From the NCBI GenBank assembly GCA_025357945.1, contig JANYLJ010000045.1:10392-74391 (forward strand): 64,000 nt of DNA. The letters are read 5' to 3'. Below the pieces are notes generated by a model. The model made no database searches and had not been told where the DNA came from. It was given only the letters and a program-made list of their open reading frames with translations. Both the position numbers and the translations under genes were made by a program. Below are positions 26,723-37,199 of the stretch, in pieces (position 1 is the first letter of the stretch; every line of letters begins with the position of its first letter). This DNA is from Gemmatimonadota bacterium (GTDB lineage: Bacteria > Gemmatimonadota > Gemmatimonadetes > Gemmatimonadales > GWC2-71-9).

Positions 26723-26793
26723 TGCCCCTTCGTCCAACGGCAGGACAGCGGCCTTTGGAGCCGTGAATCTTGGTTCGATTCCAAGAGGGGCAA
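26723..26793 (+). tRNA. tRNA-Gln (anticodon TTG)
   Basis: It folds by hand. The acceptor stem TGCCCCT pairs with AGGGGCA (U1-A72 type). The D-arm is GTCC/GGAC. The anticodon stem is GCGGC/GCCGT with loop CTTTGGA. The T-arm is CTTGG-TTCGATT-CCAAG. Confidence 0.92.
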
Positions 26794-26805
26794 TCGCTCG
26801 GTCTG

Positions 26806-27801
26806 TTATTGCAACAATCTCAGCAGCCGCGGCAGGAACCGCCCGGCGCACGCCTCGATCGTGAGCTCGGGCATGGGGTGCCGCGGCTCCGGCGCCAGCA
26901 CCGGGTTCGACTGGAGCGCGCGGTCGATCGCGCTGGCCAGCAACGGATCATCGTCCAGCGGAATCAATTCCACATGCCCGGCGCCGAACTCCCGATGCGT
27001 CGGAATGTCGGAAGCGATCGTCGGGATGCCCATTGCCGCGCCCTCCAGCGGCGTGAGCCCGATCCCTTCGAACCGGCTGGGACAGACGACCACACTGGCC
27101 GCCAGGTAGGCCTCGATCATTTCCTGTTCGCTCTGCCACCCTTCGTCCAGCTGCAATTTTACGCCAAGGCTGGCGGCCAGCGACCGCAGCGCGCCAGCTT
27201 CTGGGCCCCGGCCGATGATTCGCACCCGGGGCTTCGGCGCCAGCAGCGCCGCAGCGCGTATCACGGCCGCGTGATTCTTGTATGGGACCAGGCGTGAGAT
27301 CGACAGAACGGTTGGCGCTGACTGACCGGGGCGCTGGCGCCATCCGGCCGCCCGGTTGAAGCGATCGGTGTCGAAACAGAACGGAACGTACTTCACGGCA
27401 ACGTCGAAATACCGACCGATCACCTGCTGGCTGTTGGCCGAGGGGGCCCACAGATCCACCGCGTGGCGCGCGACGTAGCGGAGCCGGCTGTAGTAGCCGT
27501 TCCGCTCGGGGTAGCCGCCCCAGAGGCGCGGCACCTTGAGGATCCGACCGCGAAACGGGATCACTGAGTTGGGACGTCCGCCGTCGAGTTGCCAGGGCGG
27601 CAGGTCCCACAGGTACACCAGCATCGGGCGCCGGTGTCGCCAGGCGAAGCGCTGTGCCTCGATCGCGCTGGCGCCATCCGAGGCGAGAACCAGTCGTGCG
27701 GGCGCGTCGCCCTCGGTGGCGATCTTCAGCCCCGCTTCCTGCAGGCGCGCAACCGGCAGGGTGCAGAACCGGTTGGGGGCGAACCAGCGGATGTCGTTCA
27801 C
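26806..27801 (-). CDS. Glycosyltransferase family 4 (GT1-fold)
   Basis: The sequence includes VLSISRLVPYKNH and the E-x7-E region RFEGIGLTPLEGAAMGIPTIASD. The ORF extends to 28038, but that overlaps prs, so the GTG at 27801 is chosen. The start is uncertain. Confidence 0.78.
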   Translation of the reverse strand: MNDIRWFAPNRFCTLPVARLQEAGLKIATEGDAPARLVLASDGASAIEAQRFAWRHRRPMLVYLWDLPPWQLDGGRPNSVIPFRGRILKVPRLWGGYPERNGYYSRLRYVARHAVDLWAPSANSQQVIGRYFDVAVKYVPFCFDTDRFNRAAGWRQRPGQSAPTVLSISRLVPYKNHAAVIRAAALLAPKPRVRIIGRGPEAGALRSLAASLGVKLQLDEGWQSEQEMIEAYLAASVVVCPSRFEGIGLTPLEGAAMGIPTIASDIPTHREFGAGHVELIPLDDDPLLASAIDRALQSNPVLAPEPRHPMPELTIEACAGRFLPRLLRLLQ

Positions 27802-27845
27802 CGGGAGTAACCTAGAGGGCCAAGGGTTCTTCTGGAGCCCTCCAT

Positions 27846-27875
27846 TTGACCCACCCCCGACCTCGTAACTATCTT
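27846..27875 (+). promoter_or_regulatory. Candidate prs promoter TTGACC-N18-TATCTT(TG)
   Basis: The hexamers are at 27846..27851 and 27870..27875. The ATG of prs is only 14 nt downstream, implying a very short leader. Confidence 0.45.
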
Positions 27876-27889
27876 TGCGGGCTATCGTT

Positions 27890-28843
27890 ATGGCCAAATT
27901 GCCGCTGACGCCGAAGAAGATGTTGCTCCTCAGCGGGTCGGCCAATCGGGCCCTCGCCGAGGAGATCGCCGAGCAGCTTGACACCAAGCTGTGCAACGCG
28001 ACGTCTCGGCGCTTTGCTGACGGGGAGATTTTCGTCAAGATCGACGAAAACGTGCGGGGTCGGGATGTCTACGTCATCCAGCCGACCAATCCGCCGGCCG
28101 AGAACCTCCTCGAGCTGTTGTTGTTGATGGACGCGGCCAAACGGGCGAGCGCGGCACGGATCACGGCGGTGATCCCGTATTTCGGCTACGCCCGGCAGGA
28201 CCGCAAGGACCAGGGTCGCGTGGCGATCTCGGCCAAGCTGATGGCGAACATGGTGGTCGCCGCCGGCGCGGATCGGGTGCTGGCGATGGATTTCCACCAG
28301 CATCAGCTGCAGGGGTTCTTCGACTTGCCGGTCGATCACCTGTACGCCGCACCGGTGTTTACGCAGCACTACCGGGCGATGGGCCTGACCGATGTGGCAG
28401 TCGTGGCCGCTGATGTCGGCTCGGCCAAGATGGCCCGCGGGTTCGCCAAGCGACTCAACGGCTCGCTGGCGATCATCGACAAGCGGCGGACGACGGCGAA
28501 TGTGGTGGACGCCGTCAACGTGGTGGGTGAAGTCGAAGGAAAAAATTGCATTATCCCGGACGACATGATCGATACCGGGGGCACGATGTCCGAGGCGGTG
28601 CACGCGCTCAAGAAGCTCGGCGCCAAGGACATCTATATCTGCGCGACGCACGCGCTGCTGTCGGGACCGGCGGTGGAGCGGCTGTCGCAATGTCCCGTGA
28701 CCGAAGTGGCGGTCACCAACACGATCGCGATTCCGCCGGAACGAATGTTTCCGGCACTCAAGGTGCTCTCGATTGCGGGCCTCCTTGCGAAGGTGATCGG
28801 ATACACGCACAGCGACCAGTCGGTCTCGTCGCTGTTCGACTGA
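27890..28843 (+). CDS. prs: Ribose-phosphate pyrophosphokinase
   Basis: The sequence includes LLSGSANRALAEEIA, RRFADGEIFV, the PRPP loop DDMIDTGGT, and YFGYARQDRK. Confidence 0.95.
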   Translation: MAKLPLTPKKMLLLSGSANRALAEEIAEQLDTKLCNATSRRFADGEIFVKIDENVRGRDVYVIQPTNPPAENLLELLLLMDAAKRASAARITAVIPYFGYARQDRKDQGRVAISAKLMANMVVAAGADRVLAMDFHQHQLQGFFDLPVDHLYAAPVFTQHYRAMGLTDVAVVAADVGSAKMARGFAKRLNGSLAIIDKRRTTANVVDAVNVVGEVEGKNCIIPDDMIDTGGTMSEAVHALKKLGAKDIYICATHALLSGPAVERLSQCPVTEVAVTNTIAIPPERMFPALKVLSIAGLLAKVIGYTHSDQSVSSLFD

Positions 28844-28862
28844 CCGAAGGACGGAGAACACC

Positions 28863-29549
28863 ATGCAGCACGTAACCCTGGCCGCCGAGTCGCGGACCAA
28901 CACTGGCAAGGGCGCCGCCCGCTCGCTTCGCCGCGAGGGCAAGGTTCCCGCCGTGATCTATGGCCACGCCCTTGCCTCGCGCCCCCTCACCGTGGAACAG
29001 CGCGCGCTGGGCAAGGTGCTCGAGCTCATCGGCGGCGAAGCGGCACTCCTCGATGTGTCGATCGACGGCGCGGCACCGATCACCGCACTGGTGCGTGAAG
29101 TGCAACGCAACCCCGTGCGCCGCACCGACGTGATCCACCTCGATCTCTACGCCGTCGTCGCCGGCGAGCCGATCGAGGTCGAGATTCCGGTGCACATCAT
29201 CGGTACCGCCGAGGGCGTGCGGAACCAGGGTGGCGTGCTCGATCACCACCTGCATCGCATCCTGCTCAAGGTGCTCCCGGGCGACATCCCGGATCACATT
29301 GAAATCGACGTCACCAACCTCACGCTCGGTCACGCCATCCACATCAGCGACATTACCGTGGCCAACGGCGAGATCATGAACGACGCGAGCGTGTCGGTCG
29401 TGTCGGTCATCATGTCGCGGGCGGAAGTCGCGGCGACGCCGGTGGTACCGGCTGAGGGCGAGCCCGAGGTCATCAAGAAGGGCAAGGGCGAAGAGGGCGA
29501 AGCGGGCGAGGAAGCCGCGAAGGGCGAGGCCAAACCGTCGGCCAAGTAA
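28863..29549 (+). CDS. rplY: 50S ribosomal protein L25 / general stress protein Ctc
   Basis: The sequence includes GKGAARSLRREGKVPAVIYG and has the two-domain Ctc length. The C-terminal tail is acidic and Lys-rich. Confidence 0.9.
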   Translation: MQHVTLAAESRTNTGKGAARSLRREGKVPAVIYGHALASRPLTVEQRALGKVLELIGGEAALLDVSIDGAAPITALVREVQRNPVRRTDVIHLDLYAVVAGEPIEVEIPVHIIGTAEGVRNQGGVLDHHLHRILLKVLPGDIPDHIEIDVTNLTLGHAIHISDITVANGEIMNDASVSVVSVIMSRAEVAATPVVPAEGEPEVIKKGKGEEGEAGEEAAKGEAKPSAK

Positions 29550-30116
29550 GTGGCCAAGGCGATCGTTGGACTCGGCAATCCAGGGCCCGAATACGAGCGC
29601 ACGCGGCACAACGCCGGGTATCTGCTGGCCGATCGCCTGGCGGCACGTTGGGGATTCGGACCTTTTCGTCGCGCTGACGGCGCGGTGGCCGCATCGGGGA
29701 CGCTCGGCAGCGTCCCCGTTCGTGTATTGAAGCCGACGACGTTCATGAACGCCAGCGGCGATGCCTTGCGGGCGTTACGTTCGCCGACGTTCAATCCGGC
29801 CGACGACCTGCTGGTACTGGTGGACGATGTCGCCTTCGAGCCAGGCACATTCCGCCTCAAGGGTGCCGGATCGGCTGGTGGACATAACGGGCTCAAGAGC
29901 GTCGAGTCCGCGTTACGACGGCAGGACTACGCCAGGCTTCGCATCGGCGTCGGGGCCAAGCCACCGGAGTACGACGACCTGGCCGACTGGGTGCTCGGTC
30001 GCATGCTGCCCGAGGAACGGGCGGCGTTCGACCGCATCGCCGATGAGATGGCCGACGCCGTCGCATGTTGGGCAGTGGACGGGATCGAACGCGCCATGAA
30101 TCGCTTCAACCGTTGA
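29550..30116 (+). CDS. pth: Peptidyl-tRNA hydrolase
   Basis: The sequence includes VGLGNPGPEYERTRHNAGY and GGHNGLKS. It has a GTG start directly after the rplY stop. Confidence 0.93.
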   Translation: MAKAIVGLGNPGPEYERTRHNAGYLLADRLAARWGFGPFRRADGAVAASGTLGSVPVRVLKPTTFMNASGDALRALRSPTFNPADDLLVLVDDVAFEPGTFRLKGAGSAGGHNGLKSVESALRRQDYARLRIGVGAKPPEYDDLADWVLGRMLPEERAAFDRIADEMADAVACWAVDGIERAMNRFNR

Positions 30117-30152
30117 GGCACGCGCGACGCGCGACTTCCTGAGGAGCCTGTT

Positions 30153-32231
<2,079 letters not shown>

Positions 32232-32246
32232 TCGGCCGTTGACCTG

Positions 32247-33344
32247 ATGCTTTCGCTTGGAATCGTCGGTCTCCCGAACGTCGGCAAGTCAACGCTCTTC
32301 AACGCGCTGACCTCCGCCGGCGCGCTCGTCGCGAACTATCCCTTCGCCACCATCGAGCCGAACACCGGCGTGGTCGAGGTCCCCGACGCACGCCTCGCGC
32401 GGATCGCCGAGTTCGTACTCCCCCAGCGGATCCTCCCGGCCACGGTGCAATTCGTCGACATCGCCGGCCTCGTCAAGGGCGCCTCACAGGGCGAGGGCCT
32501 CGGCAACCAGTTCCTCGGCACCATTCGCGAAGTCGATGCCGTCGTCCAGGTGGTGCGTTGTTTCGACGATGACGACATCCAGCACGTGATGGGTGGCGTG
32601 GATCCGGCTCGCGATCGCAACATCGTCAACACCGAACTGGCGCTCGCCGACCTCGCATCGATCGAAAAGCGTCTCGACAAGGCCCAGCGCGCCGCGCGGA
32701 CCGGTGAGGCACAGGCGAAGCTGGAGAAGGGGCTGCTGGAGCGCCTGGTCGCCGCACTCAGCGACGGATTCATGGCGCGCACCGTGGTGCCAACCGAGGA
32801 AGAACGGCCGATCTATCGCGGCTTCAACATGCTCACTGCAAAACCGACGCTGTACGCCGCCAACGTGCACGAGGACGATCTCGCCCACGGCAATGCCCAC
32901 GTCGAACGACTTCGCGCGGCGCTGGTCGAAGACGGCGAGCAGGCCGATATCGTCATCTTCTCCGCCAAGGTGGAAGCGGAACTCGCCGAGCTTCCGCTCG
33001 AAGACCGTGCGGCGTTCCTCGAGGCACTCGGCGTCGCCGAGTCCGGCCTCGACCGATTGGCGCGCGCCGCATACCACATCCTTGGCCTGCAGAGCTACTT
33101 CACCGCGGGTGAGAAGGAAGTACGCGCCTGGACCGTTCGGCGTGGCGCCCGGGGGCCGGAGGCCGCCGGCGTGATTCACAGCGACTTCGAAAAGGGCTTC
33201 ATCCGGGCCGAAACGGTGAGTTACGACGACTTCGTGCGCGTCGGTGGCTGGAAGCCGGCACGCGAACAGGGGCTCGCGCGCGCCGAGGGGAAGGAATACG
33301 TCGTGCAGGACGGCGACGTAATGCTGTTCCGGTTCAATACCTGA
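32247..33344 (+). CDS. ychF: Redox-regulated ribosome-binding ATPase YchF
   Basis: The sequence includes GIVGLPNVGKSTLFNALT and a C-terminal TGS-like region, ...VQDGDVMLFRFN. Confidence 0.95.
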   Translation: MLSLGIVGLPNVGKSTLFNALTSAGALVANYPFATIEPNTGVVEVPDARLARIAEFVLPQRILPATVQFVDIAGLVKGASQGEGLGNQFLGTIREVDAVVQVVRCFDDDDIQHVMGGVDPARDRNIVNTELALADLASIEKRLDKAQRAARTGEAQAKLEKGLLERLVAALSDGFMARTVVPTEEERPIYRGFNMLTAKPTLYAANVHEDDLAHGNAHVERLRAALVEDGEQADIVIFSAKVEAELAELPLEDRAAFLEALGVAESGLDRLARAAYHILGLQSYFTAGEKEVRAWTVRRGARGPEAAGVIHSDFEKGFIRAETVSYDDFVRVGGWKPAREQGLARAEGKEYVVQDGDVMLFRFNT

Positions 33345-33354
33345 GGGTTGGAGC

Positions 33355-34500
33355 ATGACGATGCGACGTTTCCTGCTGGGCCTCCTTGTGCTCACCGCCT
33401 GCCGCGACACCAAACCCACGGCGTCTGCTGCGCCAGCCCAATCGATCACGCACACCACCACGGCGGCGGCGCTCGATTCGCTCCCCACCATTCCCGTCAC
33501 CAACGGGCGGCTAGTCTGCCTGTCCGATGGGCAGAAGCCGTGCCCGACGGGCACCGCAACCGCCAACTGGCTGCACGGTGGCAGCTTTACGACGTGGGAG
33601 CCGCACCACCAGATCCAGATCTGGACTCCCAACAAGACCGATCCGCAGTTGCTCGGCGAACTCGGCGCCGGCGAGGCGCAGTATGACTTCGTCGTGTCGG
33701 TCGCGGCGACTCGCACCGGATACATCGTGCTCAATGCCTCCGGGATGCGCGCGCTGCGGTACAACGCCAACGGCAAGGTGGAATCGAGCCTCCCGTTCCC
33801 GCCCGTAAGCATGACCCACGCGACCGGCTACTCGGGTGACGTGCCGTTCTATCAGGTGATCCACGAGGCGGGGCAGGATTCCGCTGCTGAGTTCGAGTTG
33901 CGCGAGATCGACGGCCCCGGAGACACGGTCGGTCGCACCGTACTCAAGTCCAAATTGAACTGGCTTCGCCTCCGCGACGGCCGGCCGGCGGCGCCGGTGC
34001 CCTTGTTCCCGATCCTGCCGTCGTACGCGATCGCCGCCGACAGCGACGTGGTCTGGAGCGCGGGTGAGCTCTTTTCGATCGAACGCCGATCGCCAGCCGG
34101 CCGGTTGCGGTGGAGCCTGACCAGCGACGCACCGGGTCCGGCGGTAACCGCCGCCGATATCGCCGCGGCCCGGTCCCGGCTGCCCGACGGGGCGGACAAG
34201 GCGCAAAAGTCTCGTTTCGACTCGATTGTGGCAGCTACGGCCAAGTTCCACCCGGCTGTGGGCGCCGTCTACGTCGCCCCGGACGGGCGGGTCATCGTTG
34301 CTGGCTTCCCGGTGGCATCCCACGACTCGGTGCGCTACGTCGTGCTCAGCACTACCGGCCAGCCCGTCGGCCGCTTTTCGCTGCCGCGGTCGACCCGCGT
34401 GCTCCTTTTTTCCGGCGACTCAGCGCTGGCCCAGCGCGCCGGCGCGAACGCCCAGCGGGAATTGCGCTGGCTGGTAGTGAGGCCGGCCACAAAGCGCTGA
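33355..34500 (+). CDS. Hypothetical lipoprotein (beta-propeller-like)
   Basis: There is a lipobox, LLVLTAC. The start is the ATG at 33355 or 33361, with a GGAG just upstream. Confidence 0.6.
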   Translation: MTMRRFLLGLLVLTACRDTKPTASAAPAQSITHTTTAAALDSLPTIPVTNGRLVCLSDGQKPCPTGTATANWLHGGSFTTWEPHHQIQIWTPNKTDPQLLGELGAGEAQYDFVVSVAATRTGYIVLNASGMRALRYNANGKVESSLPFPPVSMTHATGYSGDVPFYQVIHEAGQDSAAEFELREIDGPGDTVGRTVLKSKLNWLRLRDGRPAAPVPLFPILPSYAIAADSDVVWSAGELFSIERRSPAGRLRWSLTSDAPGPAVTAADIAAARSRLPDGADKAQKSRFDSIVAATAKFHPAVGAVYVAPDGRVIVAGFPVASHDSVRYVVLSTTGQPVGRFSLPRSTRVLLFSGDSALAQRAGANAQRELRWLVVRPATKR

Positions 34501-34652
34501 GGTTGCCTCGGGAGAACTTGATCATGGCCAAGCCATGAGGCAGGCGCCCCGGCCCTAGGCCACCGGCCCCCACCCGATTAGCTTGCGCCCGCAGTTCAAA
34601 CCCATCCTCCTCGGCGCCGCACCGCGCCGGGGCGACTCCAGACCGAAGGAAG

Positions 34653-34997
34653 GTGCTCGTGCCTCGTCGCTATGAGGCGGTTTACATCTTCGATTCCGTG
34701 CTCGAAGAAGCCGCCGTCACCGAAAAACTCGATCGTTTCCACGCGCTGATCCCCCAGAGCGAAGGCGTTGCCATGGACGTCGCCCACTGGGGCAAGCGTA
34801 CCCTGGCCTATCCTGTTGCGGGCCGCGCAACCGGCTACTACGTCATCGCCAAGTTCGAAGCCGCCTCGGCGATGCTGCCGGAGTTTGAGCGCGCCCTGAA
34901 GCTTGATGAAGGGTTGCTTCGTCACCTGGTCGTCCTGGACGAAGGCGCGCAGATGGCGCCGACGCCCAGCGCCAAGGACGGGGAGGAGGAGGAATAA
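34653..34997 (+). CDS. rpsF: 30S ribosomal protein S6
   Basis: The sequence includes [10 protein letters not shown] and [18 protein letters not shown] lies upstream, and the start is the GTG at 34653 or 34659. Confidence 0.9.
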   Translation: MLVPRRYEAVYIFDSVLEEAAVTEKLDRFHALIPQSEGVAMDVAHWGKRTLAYPVAGRATGYYVIAKFEAASAMLPEFERALKLDEGLLRHLVVLDEGAQMAPTPSAKDGEEEE

Positions 34998-35218
34998 TGG
35001 CCCGCCCACAGAAGAGCTGTGCGATCTGCGAATCCGGCGTCCGGGTTGTGGATTTCAAGGACGAACGGCTGCTGACCCGTTTCCTCACCGAGCGCGGCAA
35101 AATTCTGCCAAGCCGCCTCTCGGGCACCTGCGCGCGTCACCAGCGGCAACTGAGCACCGCGATCAAGCGGGCCCGCCAGGTCGCGCTGATCCCCTACATC
35201 AAGGGATTCGCCGGCTGA
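34997..35218 (+). CDS. rpsR: 30S ribosomal protein S18
   Basis: The sequence includes [35 protein letters not shown]. The ATG overlaps the rpsF TAA (TAATG). Confidence 0.93.
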   Translation: MARPQKSCAICESGVRVVDFKDERLLTRFLTERGKILPSRLSGTCARHQRQLSTAIKRARQVALIPYIKGFAG

Positions 35219-36189
35219 CCATTCCTTCGACGACGCCCGCGCCGAGCGGGCGTCGCTCGCCGTACCTGCTCCTGCTGCTGACCGCCGGGTTCCTGCTCGT
35301 TGCGGTCCCGGTCTGTCCGGTCTTTTTTCTCGGCCTGCTCGCGGCATTGCTCCTGGTGTCACGGCCACGGACCCCGCGTGAGTGGTTCTGGATCGTTGTC
35401 TGCACCGTGGCACTCGTCGCCTGGTTCCGCGCGCCAACGTCCCTCACCGAGCACACGGTGCGCGCCGCCGCCGCCTTCTTCATCGGGGCGTTCGTCGCGC
35501 TCACCATCGTCGGCGTCCGCTCGCTCTTCACCCGGGCCAGCGCCGCCGTGCTCATCGCCGCGGTGGCGACGATCGGCTGGTACTTGGCGTTGCACCTCCG
35601 CTTTGTCGACCTCCAGAACGAGATCATCTCCCAGACCTGGGAGGGGTGGCGAAAAATCTGGACGGACCTGCCGGCGGCAGTGCCGTCGGGCGATGCGCTG
35701 GAAGAAGGTGCCGTGGCGGACCGCGCGCGGCAGTTCGCCTCCGCCCTCACGGTTGCCGCACCGCTCTTCCCCGCCTGGGTGGCGCTGATCGCCCTGGCGA
35801 GCGCGCGGCTGACCTGGAGCTGGTACCAACGCATCGCGCACACGCCGATGCTGCCGCCAGCGCAACCGTTCCGCGAGTTCCGCTTCAACGACCACGCGGT
35901 CTGGCTGTTGGTGTTGCTGATCGCCCCGTTCCTGCTGCCGGTGCCGCAATCGGTCACCCTCGTCGCCGGCAACGCACTGGTGGTCGTCGGCTCGATCTAC
36001 ATCCTCCGCGGTGCGGCGATCGCCGGTACCTCGCTGTCGCGTGCGTCACCGCTCTTCATCGGTATCCTGCTGTTGATCATGTTACCGTTCTTCTACATCG
36101 TCCCCATCGGGCTGGCCATGCTGGGGATCGCTGACACCTGGCTCGACTTTCGGCGGCGCAGAGCGCCCGCCTCAGGAGTTTCGTCATGA
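35215..36189 (+). CDS. DUF2232-like polytopic membrane protein (YybS-like position between rpsR and rplI)
   Basis: There are multiple TM helices from the first residues, for example [32 protein letters not shown]. The 5' region has no in-frame ATG. The candidate start, CTG at 35215, overlaps the rpsR TGA, and the alternative is TTG at 35347. The family call is from memory. Confidence 0.55.
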   Translation: MTIPSTTPAPSGRRSPYLLLLLTAGFLLVAVPVCPVFFLGLLAALLLVSRPRTPREWFWIVVCTVALVAWFRAPTSLTEHTVRAAAAFFIGAFVALTIVGVRSLFTRASAAVLIAAVATIGWYLALHLRFVDLQNEIISQTWEGWRKIWTDLPAAVPSGDALEEGAVADRARQFASALTVAAPLFPAWVALIALASARLTWSWYQRIAHTPMLPPAQPFREFRFNDHAVWLLVLLIAPFLLPVPQSVTLVAGNALVVVGSIYILRGAAIAGTSLSRASPLFIGILLLIMLPFFYIVPIGLAMLGIADTWLDFRRRRAPASGVSS

Positions 36190-36635
36190 TCGAATTGATA
36201 CTGCGTGAAGATGTTCCATCGCTCGGCCGGGCCGGTCAGGTCGTTCGGGTCAAGCCGGGGTACGCCCGCAATTTTCTCCTTCCCCGCGGCCTGGCCTTCG
36301 AGGCAACCGCCGGGAACAAGAAGCGCATCGACGCTGAGGCGAAGGCGCGCGATGCGCGCGCGACCAGCGAGCGCGCCGAGGCCGAGGAACTTGCCAGGCA
36401 CCTCGGCGCCACAACGCTTGGTTTTACCGCCAAGGCGGGCGAGGACGGCAAGCTCTTCGGCTCGATCACGTCGAGTGATATCGCCCACGAACTGGCGGCC
36501 AAGGGCTTCACCATTGACAAGCGGAAGATCGAACTGGAGCATCCGCTCAAGCATCTTGGTTTCCACTCGGTGCCGGTCCGCCTGAGCCACGACGTCCAGG
36601 CCGAAATCCGGGTGAACGTCGTTGCGGCGGTGTAA
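36186..36635 (+). CDS. rplI: 50S ribosomal protein L9
   Basis: The sequence includes [37 protein letters not shown]. There is an ATGA overlap with the upstream gene. Confidence 0.93.
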   Translation: MIELILREDVPSLGRAGQVVRVKPGYARNFLLPRGLAFEATAGNKKRIDAEAKARDARATSERAEAEELARHLGATTLGFTAKAGEDGKLFGSITSSDIAHELAAKGFTIDKRKIELEHPLKHLGFHSVPVRLSHDVQAEIRVNVVAAV

Positions 36636-36802
36636 GCCGCGAATGCTGCCAGGCGGCATTTGTCCACTTCTCAGGACACCCGTGTCAGGAATCGGTTCAG
36701 CTGAGCTCGCAGCCATCGTGATGCCCGCCCGATCAGCAGATCACGACAGTATCTTGTGCCAGCGGCACGGACGCGAGAACCGGCGGCGTGGTCGGAGCGT
36801 AC

Positions 36803-37171
36803 ATGCAGGTAGCTGAGCGGCGAAGCCCGCGGTTACCGGCATCGGTGCGGCTCGCGGTCGCCGCGATCGAAGATCGCAAGGGAGTCCGGCTTCACGTTCT
36901 CGACCTTCGTGGGCTCTGCGACGCCGCCGACTTCTTTGTCATCGCGTCCGGCACGTCTGATGCGCATGTGCGCGGGCTTGCCGACGGAGTGGTCCAGGCG
37001 ATGGATCAGGTCGGCCTGCCGCCCCATCACGTCGAAGGCGTGCAGAGCGGCCGTTGGGTGTTGCTCGATTTCGTGGACGTGATCGTCCACCTGTTTCACC
37101 CGGAGACGCGAGCGTTCTATCAGTTGGAGCGCCTGTGGCAGGACGCGCCGACACTCCTCTCCGAACCGTGA
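36803..37171 (+). CDS. rsfS: Ribosome silencing factor
   Basis: The sequence includes AIEDRKGVRLHVLDL, DFFVIASGTSDAHVRGLAD and WVLLDFVDVIVHLF. A GGAG lies 5 nt upstream of the ATG at 36803. Confidence 0.88.
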   Translation: MQVAERRSPRLPASVRLAVAAIEDRKGVRLHVLDLRGLCDAADFFVIASGTSDAHVRGLADGVVQAMDQVGLPPHHVEGVQSGRWVLLDFVDVIVHLFHPETRAFYQLERLWQDAPTLLSEP

Positions 37172-37199
37172 CCGTCCCCTCCGGACGAGAGGTCTAACG

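Noticed and set aside
26690-27890. There could be a mobile element or integrase at the tRNA-Gln locus, and similarly at tRNA-Ser.
   Set aside because: I found no integrase, transposase or phage ORF and no direct repeat of the tRNA 3' end. The only inserted gene is an ordinary GT4 glycosyltransferase.
36622-36816. A 64-aa ORF lies in the rplI-rsfS intergenic region.
   Set aside because: It is Arg/Cys/Gly-rich with no start context. It overlaps the rplI 3' end and the candidate rsfS promoter, so it is most likely non-coding.
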